DNA of 55,499 nt, the filler included, from Dimargaris cristalligena (Eukaryota), in the NCBI GenBank assembly GCA_003614675.1. It is 4 parts of 4 records of this genome, joined end to end, with 100 filler letters (N's around TTAATTAATTAA, not from the genome) between each part and the next. Parts side by side here need not be neighbours in the genome. Positions count along the whole stretch, not along the records: positions 1 to 13,832 come from ML002976.1; positions 13,933 to 27,747 come from ML002977.1; 2 more parts are not named here. The stretch is one strand, 5' to 3'. Under the pieces are notes generated by a model, which had not been told where the DNA came from, did no database searches, and was given only the letters and a program-made list of their open reading frames with translations. Position 1 is the first letter of the stretch; every line of letters starts with the position of its first letter. Shown piece by piece: positions 11,389 through 22,827 of the stretch. The position numbers and the translations under genes were made by a program.

Positions 11389-12574
11389 TCAAACAGGTGA
11401 AGAATGGTCAGCGCGATCCATGGCTTCCCACAGGAATTGCTGGTGGGACTTAACTGGCCCTACGCATATTCTTTTGTTGGCGTCCTCAATCGCCTCGTGA
11501 ATTAGATTGACCATCTGATCCACGGGCATGGTCAGTGGGACGGCTGTCAACATTACTGAGTTACCAAGGGTTGTGTTGGCCTGAATAATGGCATCACAAT
11601 CATATCCACGGTCATTAGTAAAACTTTTCACTGTAAGCTGATCCATTGTAGAGTCCCATGCTAGACCATAGATAAACGAAGGTTGCATGATTGCATCCCG
11701 GTTCCTCTGAAAAAATTGGCTCAGCAATTCGTTAAAGCCGCGGGGTTTACGTCCATTCGAAGGGTTTTCCCCCAGGGCGTCGGCTATTGCCCAGCTTATT
11801 CGGGGTCGGCGGTTGTTTAGGGCATATTCGGCAATTTTCCTATGGGTAGGAGGTTTTTTGGCTACGATTAGTTAGCAATGGGTCACGGCCACTGAGCAAT
11901 CCACCCCCCGCGCTAGCCGCCGGTACGCTAAAGACCGAGTTGGAGGCAGCTTGGCAAATCTGGCTGCATTCCACCGCCGACAGTTCTGTACTTATGGCGA
12001 ACTGACGCGGACGTTTATAACTCTCCTGTTTCCGCCCCGGTTGGTTTGCCGTCTGGCTAGGTGTAATAGGAGCGGAACTATCCCCACTATCACCACTACT
12101 TGCTCCATTGTACGGCGTGGTCGAGCTCACTATCCCTGGCCCTTAGGCTTCAACGGCAACTTCGACGGTAGCACCTCCGGAGGTGGCCCGGTGGGGCTGA
12201 TGGGCCATAGGCAAAAAACCATCTGAACTAAGGCGCCCTTCATTCGTCGGTGGATACGGAGGCGGATAGATTGCGAGGTAATTGTTGTGGTTGTCTATGG
12301 TCCTAGGAGTAGCTAGGTCTGACCAGCGTTCGAATCCATAGTGAATAGTTCCCGTTCGCTCGTTCCGCTCTGGTCGGGAAGTCCAAGATACCTGCGCTAC
12401 CATTGAGAGGCCGTCTTCAGGCGTATAAATGTTGTCGCCACCGGCAGGGGTTTCTTGCCAGTCGAATACAGCTAGGGTGAGGGAGTCTCCACGCATGGTC
12501 GCAACGGGCTGGAAAGGCATCGCCAATAGCCACACTAGGGTCAGCGTAACCCATGGAGTATGATACACAACCAT
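11389..12574 (-). pseudogene. Orphan putative secreted-protein gene interrupted by one in-frame stop (pseudogene, or unresolved intron/sequence error)
   Basis: ATG 12574 is followed by a signal-peptide-like segment (MVVYHTPWVTLTLVWLLAMPFQPVA). The TAA at 12145-12143 is followed by the same open frame. A plausible phase-1 intron 11991-11862 (GTACAG...GCTAAC..TAG) joins it to the 3' ORF ending at 11389. No recognisable domain. Confidence 0.45.
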
Positions 12575-12952
12575 GGATACATATATGATTAGGGAGTATA
12601 CACAAAGTGGGATACAAGGGATTGGATTATTCACCAAAAATACTAGAAGTAGGAATAAAGATAAAAATGCCGAGAGTTGGCGTATACAAATGCCTAATGC
12701 CAATCCTAGATATATTAGTTTGTGGGTGCAGGTGGCTTAATATATGTCTTTCATTTCCCCCCCTTTTATTCCGCCTAACTCTTCAAGTTGGAAGGTGCGT
12801 GTAATTGTGAATAGACCAACGGGGAGTCTTACATATACAGGGCTAGAATGAGTAGAATGAAAATACATTTGTAAATGTGCTACCTTCGTACAACTTGCCA
12901 CTGTGATAAACCTTTGGCTTACAGGGGTGAGGAGTGGCGGCCACATGTCTAA

Positions 12953-13092
12953 ATGGGTGAAATTCCGACCAGCTGTATAAAGTTTTACATTAGATGTATA
13001 TCGGTGAATATCTGGGGAAATAGCTATTAACCCTAAATACTGGCCTCACCCAAAGGATATTTCGTTATACAACCCATGTGAACTTCTCCCAG
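12953..13092. mobile_element. 140-bp palindromic MITE-like repeat, copy 2
   Basis: ATGGGTGAAATTCCGACCAGCTGTATAA ... TTCGTTATACAACCCATGTGAACTTCTCCCAG; ungapped match to the reverse complement of 2999-3138. Confidence 0.7.
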
Positions 13093-13832
13093 ATGCCCTA
13101 TATCTAATTGCATTCATCCCCAGTGAAAAGGTGCACCTCGTTGGATAGTCTGGATTTGAACTATCCCCCCCTGCACTTATAAGAGCACATGTGTGTCTGC
13201 TGCTGCCAAAGAAAGCAAATACCCCACTCCAAAGAATATACCTCCGGTCTGGGCAAAGATAATGCAGAGTAGTCAGTACTTATGGCCAAAGTGAAGTATA
13301 ACCCTTCAAATCATTTATATATTAGCTGATCGTATTTATCAAATGTACCATTATTTGGCCCCAAATAGTGCAGTCGATTCCGTCAACCACACTTGGGTAT
13401 CTCGCTTGCCATAGGTTTTGCACCGACTCATTTCCCCCCATTTCAATAGTATGGTGACATCAACACAAGGGTGGTGAAAGATAGAAAGAGCACGGGCAAA
13501 TCTGGGTCCACATATCGCAATATCTAAATCCGCCATCAGCAAGCCTATTCACCTGATATAATGGTGGATACTGAGACTGTGTATAATCTGCCTGTTCGGC
13601 TTTAGATAGCCACATGGTAGGAGCCCAGAGACAAACCACAGACCAGTCTTGTAAGATAGTATTGAATGAAGTAGTTCGTCGACGTGGGTTTACAATCAAG
13701 TGCATATGGTATCCCACATACTCAGAGTCTCAGTGGATGCGTACTCATACATATAATCAACTGTAGAGCGGTAACAACTCCTCTCCGGTACTGCTTATTA
13801 AATATAATGGCTTTTCTAGGACACATCAAATC

Positions 13833-13932
13833 NNNNNNNNNNNNNNNNNNNNNNNNNNNNNNNNNNNNNNNNNNNNTTAATTAATTAANNNNNNNNNNNN
13901 NNNNNNNNNNNNNNNNNNNNNNNNNNNNNNNN
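13833..13932. other. Artificial contig spacer (N44-TTAATTAATTAA-N44; stops in all six frames)
   Basis: The identical 100-nt spacer occurs three times in the window. Confidence 0.97.
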
Positions 13933-13986
13933 ACTTGCCTCATCAAATGGATTTTTCGTTATACAGCCTTGTTGAACTACTCCCAT
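13933..13986. mobile_element. Right arm of the 140-bp MITE-like repeat (copy 3, truncated by the contig start)
   Basis: CCTCATCAAATGGATTTTTCGTTATACAGCCTTGTTGAACTACTCCCAT matches the corresponding arm of copy 1 at 46/54 positions without gaps. Confidence 0.7.
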
Positions 13987-16228
13987 ACGCATATATTTAT
14001 ATATAATCATTATGGAATAATATCTGTCACTGAAGCTGATAGGGAACGATGCCCGAATTGGGGTTAGATTATTATGTTTGGCACTGGGATAACAATATAG
14101 AAGTCCAGTACTAACCTCTCTGGTTTATTTTACTATATTGAATTATTTGGACTTGCCTTTCCGACACTTCATTTATCTGTATGCCCCTCACTTCTCCCCT
14201 CTTCTCTTCTTTTCTCTTCTATCTAGCTCGCCGATAAATAAAGCCCCGACGGAATTGGCAATAAATGTAATTCCTAGACCAAGGCCACGCCATGATGATT
14301 AGGGCGGGAGATGTCCAAACGTGAATAGTATAATAATGCCTGGATTTCGGTAGCCGCAATGGTGGTAGGATTTGGCGGTGGAAACGTATTAATCGGGCAG
14401 ACTCTGTTGGCCCTCCTCACCCCGCCTTTAGTAATAATCATAGTGAGTGATCAGTTAGCTCTTATACTTGGTGTTGTATGTCATATTAATGAGGATGAGG
14501 ATGGAACCAAGGTATACATCTAATTTCGCATTGAATAAAAATAGAAATAAATGAAACCTAGTGAGGTTGGGTTAGTCCAGTCGCAGGCTGACTCGAAAAA
14601 AAGATTTACTATATATATATTTCCTGGTATGATTTCCAAGGCTGCGGCTGTAGTACATCTCTTCCCTTTATTTAATTGCGACATAATATTGGGGGGGATC
14701 ACGTGAATATCACAGCCGACATTGGGTGTAACCAACTACTGGAATTAATGCACATGGGAGAGTACTCACTCACTCTCCTCCCCTCTGGTCTAAAATCTAA
14801 GCTGGCATTAGGGATTGATGAGGAAGTCCATAATAGGTAGTTCCAGCACCAGCATATTCGATGGAGTATTTGTGACGGACTAGGGTAGAGAGGGTGCCAC
14901 CCTTGTCCACAAGAATCAGAATCTGGTGGACCAAAATGCATGGGAAAGAAAAGTGGATGATGACTAATCAGAACTCTCTCCCATGAATGGATGGGGCGGC
15001 GATTCATCGCAGGTAACACACACGGAGTAAGCCATGTGCGTATACACCCCCCTTCTTTCCTAATATGAATTCTTGAATATAACACTAACCAACTAGACGG
15101 GCAGCCTAAACCGGAGGGGAAACGATGAAATAAGGGCACATTGCCATCTGATAACATTTTTCCCAGCCAGATAAACTGTTTCTTTCACTGAAATATGTCC
15201 GGCAAGGCATCTCAAAATCCACGTCACAGGCAACACTTACTTAGCTCCTCGCATATCAGTATGTGATGTGTAACGCATATATGGTGTGTGGTTTTGTTGG
15301 GGAGAATAAAAAGGCTAAGCAAAGTAAAAAGCGGAGGTGATTTGGTGGCACTGGAATGAATCAGTCAGCCGGTGAGTGCCGTGGTCTATTATATGATTCG
15401 TGGATTTTTTTCGGAGCGCATAAGCTTTACTACACTTCCGCGATAATCTAAGGTGGGAGAAAGAGAGAGAGACAAAATGAGTAATTTTCCACCTATTAGG
15501 ATGGCCCATACGAAACACGCCTAAGCCACAGCAACCCTTGCCTTGTTAGGACAGACTCAGTGGAGAGAAGCCTTTCTTTCTTTGGCTGGCTGCCGTATAT
15601 TAAAGAGGAAGAGGAGGGCGGGTGTTATCAGATAAGTTTCTCCCGTGACGCAAAATGAATGGCCCAACCAACCAGCATGTATCACCTTAAATACTCCCCT
15701 CCCCCATTGGGGAGTATCATGCGTCTCTCCCTCTCATTTACTGGGGGGGAGGGAGAGAAAATGGTATGCTGCATATAGCAACCCCCCCTCCTTATATGCG
15801 CCCCCCCTCTCCACTACTCATTCTACTATACGCATATACGACAGACTCAGCTTCAGCTCTCTGGCCTGCCTTGTGATAAGAGCAGAGTATATGCGATTTA
15901 TGTGATGCCCAATTGAGCACGGCAGCAGTACTGCAAAAAGGGAAGGGGTATTTTATATTTAATCGTCCTTATCTGTTCAAAGGCGTTTCCCACCTACCCA
16001 CGTATACTGCCATACAAATATATATATATACTGCGCTCTACACCCTTGCCCTCAGTTCAGGATCTCTATACCTTTTTATACTCTCTATTCTCATACCCAC
16101 TCATTCTTCACCTTTTCACCACTTCTGCATTGTTCCGACTTGCTTGAGCATACCGCCCCCTCTAAATCTCTTCTCTCCTACTCCATTCTTATTTTTCGTG
16201 TTTTCCCTCACATATCGACCAGTCTACC

Positions 16229-17113
16229 ATGTTTCGCCCTGCTTTGATTTCGTCCACCACTCGTTCGGTTTCGGCTTTGCTCCGGCCGTCGGTCTCTTCA
16301 CGCCTGGCCCCCGCTGTTACCTCCCGCTTCTATCACGAAAAGGTATGTTTTACACGATTACCCCCATGGAAGGATCCCCTAACTTAGCCTATATTCGTTA
16401 AAAAGTGGCACCTTCATTCTCCTCCCCCTCCCTCCCAATTGACCTGAATAACAATGTGCGAGAGGTGCTAACGAATGCTTAAAATCGGCGCCCCTTTTTT
16501 ACGCCTTGGGGGCTGGTTTATAAATGTGTGCGATCAACAGAGAATGGGAGGAGGGTGAGGCCTTCTCCCTTGCGTATAGTATGCGTCCCCCTGACTCGCC
16601 ATGGTTCTTGCCTTACTAATGCCCTGCCCTTTCCGTATTCCCCCACCACCCCCCCCTTCTTTCTCTCCCGCAATGCTATATATCTCCTCTATGGATTAGG
16701 TCATTGACCACTATGAGCGACCCCGTAACATGGGTTCTCTTCCCAAAAACGACCCCACGGTCGGTACTGGTCTCGTGGGCGCTCCCGCCTGTGGCGACGT
16801 CATGAAGCTGCAGATCAAGGTGGACGACCAGGGCAAGATAGTCGACGTCAAGTTCAAGACCTTTGGCTGTGGTTCCGCCATCGCCTCCTCCAGCTTCATG
16901 ACCGAACGGGTCCGTGGTCTACACCTCGAGGAAGCTGGTCAAATCAAAAATACCGAAATTGCAAAGGAATTGTGCCTGCCTCCCGTTAAACTACACTGCT
17001 CGATGCTGGCCGAAGATGCCATCAAGTCGGCCATCAAGGACTACCGCCGTAAGCAACAGTCCGCTGCCTCCGCCGGGGCTTCTGCTTCTACCTCCGCCCC
17101 AGCAACCGCCTAA
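16229..17113 (+). CDS. ISU1: Mitochondrial Fe-S cluster scaffold IscU/Isu1; exons 16229-16342 and 16700-17113, ~175 aa
   Basis: Arg/Ser-rich targeting peptide, then YHEK/VIDHYERPRNMGS, GAPACGDVMKLQI, FKTFGCGSAIASSS and LPPVKLHCSMLAEDAI. GTATGT donor and TAG acceptor are in frame. Confidence 0.97.
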
Positions 17114-18256
17114 ACAGCTACCGAAAAACTGGCTTGGGTGGAATTAGATTCCTTCACTCGTTGAGTGCGGGCTTTACTTCCCCCACAGCCTCTGTAACGG
17201 TGCTCCTCTCCCCCTTTATCCTTTGGACCTCTTGTATACTGTAGCACTGCCATATTCTTTGGGTTTTTAGTGGTTCTTCCTCCGCCTTTACTATTCTTAT
17301 ATTATTCATACACCCGCATATCCCCTCCCTCCCCCATGCACAATACACATCACCCCTCTGGTTAAAAATGAGAAATGTGATTCTCAACGCTAGGATTTAG
17401 GGTCTGTGGGACTTCAACCCTATATTCTCAGCACCCACCAATATACACACACATACTATATACATATATATATATATACTACCTGTGCCTTTGCATGCTA
17501 CTTTCTGCCCACTAATATTTGCCTAGCTTTCCGCATGCATGGGGAAAGAGTAAACCTACAACTGTAGTCCTCTCTACTCTTTGGTACTTATATCTCCCTC
17601 GTTCGCGTTAATCGTGCTTAGGGGGTGGGGTGGCGGAAAATAAGCATTTTCTTGTGTTATTTAATTTTTACTCACCTTTTGATTTGCTCATCTTATGCAA
17701 CCATTAAAACCCAAATCCTACTTTCCATAGCCATATTTACACCTTAAACATGAGATAAACGGCGTATTGCCCATATTTTTATAGGTTAATTGCTATGGTA
17801 ACACCCCAATATCCTTCCATGGTTAGTAAGGGTTCTTGAGATTGTAAGTACACCACTGCAACTATTGGATAATTACCGACCAACATTAGGTTAACCAACT
17901 CTTGGCTTTGAGTTTAGAAATTCTGTTAACGAAGTGTCACTGTAAAACTGTGACCCACCAAGCTGAGATAACGATAATATATTTTTCAGGATTGCAGAAA
18001 AGAAAGGCATAGGTAGGGAAGGGACGAGCGAGTTAGTTAACCAAGGCGGGCCGGTTAGATAGGGGGAGGGTTACATATATATACTAGTCTTTATAGATAG
18101 ATATATCCGCTATGCCCTATATAATTCACCACAAATCAATCCAGGACCAAATGAAGAGGAATCAATCGACAAGAGACAAGCAACAGTAGCAGAGCAACAA
18201 GGTACTTCTAAATAAAATAAAATAAAATAATTTCAAAGTGAGCAAACTAGGGTTAT

Positions 18257-19658
18257 TTAGATCTGTCGGGTCGTTGTCGTGTACCGACGGTCGACTTTTT
18301 CCCAGTTAACGTGGTTGAAGAAGTGGGCAATGTACGCCTGCTTATCCATCTTATGGTCACGCAAGTACGCGTGTTCCCACATGTTCAGGGCCAGCAGGGG
18401 GATGTATTCGCCCGAGGACTGGGTCGCCGAACCCCCCTGGCGGATTGCGCCAATGCCGGTGTTGACGAAATAGTTGGACTTGTAGAAGGGGTCGGCCGCG
18501 TTCGTAGCCCAGGGGTCCATTGACACAGTCGGCTGGCTCACAACCGACTCGGATGATTGAAGCAGGCCACCGGCACCGCTGGTGGTGGGGGTGGCACTGG
18601 CATTCGTATTACCGTCCACTTCGTCCATCCGACTGGGGGTGAGGACGGACCCTGCGTTGTAGGTATTCAGGATACGCAACAGACCCGCTTCATCCTGAAC
18701 CAACCACGTCCAACCGCTACCGAAAATGGCCATGGCGTGGTGGGTGAATTCGGCCACAAAGTTCTCCTGGGTGCCGTAGTCGTTTTCAATCTTGGTCAAC
18801 AGGCGGTACGGGATCGGAGGAGAGCTGTTGTTGCGGCTGTTACTAGCCAGGTTACTGAGGGTGGGCACCGCGTTGGCCGAGGAAGCGGCGGTGGTGGCGG
18901 CGGGGGAAGCGGCCGCATTGGCCTGCAGGGTGGTCAGGAAGAAATCCAGGTTCCAGGCTTGGGAGGCGTAGTTGAAAATGGCGGCCTGTTGGGCCTGTTT
19001 ACTACTCTTGCGGGCCACGGAAACCAGAGACAGGTTCTCGTATTCAGTGTCTTAATGAGGATGGCGGGCAGTGATAAGAATGATATCGATAATCATAGAT
19101 CATAGAGTAAGAAATATATATATATATAGTTAGATCGGGGCTTAATGTCAGTGGTATGGGTAAGAGCACCGCGTTTCCTTAACCCTTCTTATAAATACGC
19201 CGGATAAAATCATTGAAACAGTCCATAAGAGTCCAACGGAGCCCGCCAGACGGGAAATGTCCGCCGATCTCCCCAAACCCCATCCCTCCTCCAAGTGGTG
19301 TCATAGTCGAAAGATCAGTCGGATTAGTTACCGGGGCCGTCCCTGACTCCACCAACCAACCCAGCCACCTCACCTTTATAAAAGGCATCAATTACTTACT
19401 TGCCGTCAAGCGGTTCACATTCTGGATCAGATTGCTTTGGTATTCCCGGAGCATAACCAGGGTCGAACGGGAGAACAGGGGACCCAGACCCTCTTTAACC
19501 GGGTAGGGCAGTTCTGGAACCGAATGTAAGCCCCGCAGTTGGGCCAGGGCCCCTCCTCCTACTCCAAGGGTGGTGGTGGTAGGGCAACGGGGTAAAGTGG
19601 CAGTGGCCAAACGGACAGCCCCCGGGCGGGCGAGCGGGGAAAAGAGACGGTGCTGCAT
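18257..19658 (-). CDS. Fe/Mn-SOD-fold mitochondrial protein lacking metal ligands, probably mitoribosomal mS42/mS43 (Rsm26/Mrp1)-like; exons 19658-19400 and 19050-18257, ~350 aa
   Basis: Mitochondrial presequence, then LHSVPELPYPV, FNYASQAWNLDFF, AIFGSGWTWLV and LLALNMWEHAYLRD. GTAAGT donor and AAG acceptor are in frame. Only the His of WEH remains of the four SOD metal ligands. Confidence 0.82.
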
Positions 19659-21058
19659 GGTTGTAGTGAATTCTATTCCAAATAATAATAGTAATCAAAT
19701 AAGTTGGGGAGGGGGATTGACTAATATTAGGCACAGGATTATTATAATGTCCAATAAATACGCATTCACGCTCAACCGCGGAGAAAGGAGGCAGTCGAGT
19801 GAATCAAGAAGCAAAGTAAGCAAAAGTAGAGTGTTGGCAAGGCGGTTGAGGCATGGATTGCGAGTTGTAGATAGTTGGTGGGGGAGGGTACCCTTTTGCC
19901 CTAGATCAACGTACCTCCTTATTCTACAGCTGGGGGAATCTTTAGGTTCAGCTTTAATTCAGAAAGGTGTGGTGTGGTTGGTGATTTAGGAGTTGTTCAC
20001 TTCTATTTTGGAGAGGTATATGCCGCCCCCACGGATCAGAAATGGTAGGAGAATACAAAAAGAATTTCCCCATGGGTATAAAATGTTCCTTGGCTGAGCC
20101 CGTTGTCCTATCACCGAAGTTCCCCCACAAGTGGATTGAGTGGTGGGTATTCTTCACTTTAAACCACTCCCTAACTTGGCCTGCTTTGCTAATGATATTC
20201 CTGGCGCGAACTCAAGCGCTTTATCCCGCCTGGTCACATCTGTTATACCCGGAAAACAAAGGATATACACTGTGGTTTCTATCCGGGGGAGTTCGTTGCT
20301 AAAACAACCCAATTTCATTATTTAAAAAACGTCTCATAAACCTTAAATGTTATGCGTTGGGAATGTTGCCTATTAGAGAAGCACATCCATCGCTAATGAA
20401 CAGGCAGCATTCCCATCGTTCGTATGTTTAAGGCGTCCCCAACCAATTTAACAGCCATGGTACATTGCTTGGTCGATCGAATTGGTATAAGAGCCGAAAA
20501 ATATAATCATATTGATCCCAGATGTTCATAAAAGGGGTGCCTGTTGTGTATTGCATGAGGGGGGGGGCGTGGTTGACATATCACAAATATAAAAGCCAAG
20601 CCCGAAACAAAGTGCAGCTAAACATAATAAATGGTCAGGGCCTTGTAGATCAATAGAAGTACCCGAATTTATATATTATACCAAACCCCCCTGCGGCAAG
20701 TCAAGATCCGGGGAATATCCATCATGTACGCACTGATGCCAAACCAATATAGTTGGCTAGGGTAAACTGGGCGGGTAAATGTCCCCTCCTACTTCGGAAA
20801 GGGGTACCGTCGCCGGAATTACCAAGGTAAAATTGCCCTTTAAGCTGAAGTTCACATAGAAAGGCATTGGGGTTCGGGCTCCCCTGGTCAATTTCCCAAG
20901 GGAGAGGACAATGTAATAATATTTAGCACGATGGGTTGTGAATATGGGTTTTTATTGATTAATGGATGGTCACCATGTCTACATTCGCCCTTTCCTTGAT
21001 AAACACCCATTTAATAGATTGGAAGAAAAGGTCCAAATTATTTTGAATCACCCGATAC

Positions 21059-21098
<40 letters not shown>

Positions 21099-21106
21099 CA
21101 TACACA
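21059..21106. repeat. Compound (CA)n(TA)n microsatellite
   Basis: About 14 CA units followed by TA and CA units, read directly. Confidence 0.9.
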
Positions 21107-22121
21107 CCCGGTCTAGAAGATCAGGTTTAATTGGTATTGGAACAGCTAATGTCTGGAAGAAATGTTCCGATTGACTATATTCCGGACAAAAGAGGAGAAA
21201 TGATATTATTCACCGTGCCATGGAACTCGAGTCTGCTGCACTTGTGGGGCTATCATGTACAGAGTTTGGGCAGCTGGGTAAATCAGCGTGGGATAGTTAT
21301 TCCTTTGACTGGGAACCAGTCGCAGATAAGTGCCGTAAAATAAGGTTTGGCACTTTGGTCACCAAACCGGTGCCAAGTGCATTCAGGGGAATTTCCAGTG
21401 CTAGAGGGAAGTGGCGGGTATCCAAAGAATAATAAGCCTGTTACTGGTCCTTCCATAGAGTCCTTGTTCACAAGTTGAATATATCAGGAACTTTTATCAT
21501 GAATTATTTATATGATAGGCGTCTTTTAGTACTTTGTTGTGAGATTCCTACAGCGCTCATGCCATCAATTTCTCTTTCTTTTAGTGGTTTCGTCATGAAT
21601 CCAATGTAGTAAAGGCCTTATTCTTCCACGCGATGTCATTTATAGTGCTACTGGGCTTAAAATAACGTAAATATCGACAATGGCCCTTCACACTCCAGTG
21701 GCTTTGCCTACAAACAGGCATGCTGCAGTGCACTTTACCCTTCCTGTGGGCATGTCGGATTCATTGTTTTTAACCCTCCCGCCGCTTTGATTACTCTCTT
21801 TTGTGATTATGGTCACCAAATGCAACTAATGGCATGGCCGGGGGAACTAAGGAAGGCGGGCACTATTACAGCCCACCGATATTGTCAGCCCACTGCCATA
21901 TACATTATATATATATATATACCCTAGTCCTGCCTGTTGCCGAGCTTATCTTTAGTGATTTCAGTATTATTACTCAATTTATCAGCTGTTTAATAATTCC
22001 TTCCCTCCCACACTCACTCACTCTCTTCTTTTAACCTAATAGCTTGATCATACCATCACACTGTTAACCTATTTTCGTTAATTCACCTCTTTCCCAGACA
22101 AACGCTACCGGGCCCAAAAAA

Positions 22122-22827
22122 ATGTCAGCAAGTGGTGCTTCTGCAAACCCACCGGAATGGTGGGCCAATAGCGATAATGTCAAAGCTGGAGGTAAGAATC
22201 ACTCCATCATTCCCCATAAATAATTAGTGGCTTTATAGGACACTTTGAATGAACATCGTCCTCTACTTGAATTAACCGTGCCAAGTACGGGTATTTATAA
22301 TTTATTATTTTGAACTCTAATTTCACGTCAATTTCGGTTTAGACCTCATGTACGTCCAGTACGGCCCCGATCCCAAAGAGTGCTACCGCATTACCATTTC
22401 CGATATTGATACTGATAATAATATTGTTGAAGGCTCGATTTCATTTGTCACGGCTTCTTCAACCATCAGTGAGTGCTACACATTTATCATGGATGAGATC
22501 TACATTATCACTCACGAGAGACCGAATCAGGAAGAGTCGTCTGACGAAGAAGAGGCTGAAGATGCGCCGTCCGTTCCTCGGGAATCCCTCACGCACCTGA
22601 GCAGTAGACCGGCTTCGGAAGGGTCTTATTCGGAATTTCCCTACCCCATTGATTACAAGGACGTTTCCACCCTAATGATAGACAACCACCACTTGATTAA
22701 TACCGGTGGAGATGGCCGGAACTCTGGCTACTTTGACAATGACGATGATGGTGAGCCAGATGACTCCTACGACCATAACCCCACACCAGAGAATGGTTTT
22801 AGCTATTATCACAATTTTCAGCTATAA
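22122..22827 (+). CDS. Hypothetical acidic protein, ~184 aa; exons 22122-22191 and 22343-22827
   Basis: AAAAAAATG start and a phase-1 GTAAGA...TTAG intron give MSASGASANPPEWWANSDNVKAG-D-LMYVQYG... It has a beta-rich N-terminal half and an Asp/Glu-rich tail. Confidence 0.6.

Noticed and set aside
13877-13888. TTAATTAATTAA palindrome recurring about every 13.9 kb
   Set aside because: Synthetic assembly linker embedded in N runs, not biological periodicity.
16229-19658. Convergent ISU1 and SOD-fold gene as an iron/oxidative-stress cluster
   Set aside because: The SOD-fold protein lacks metal ligands, and two adjacent mitochondrial genes are unremarkable without synteny evidence.
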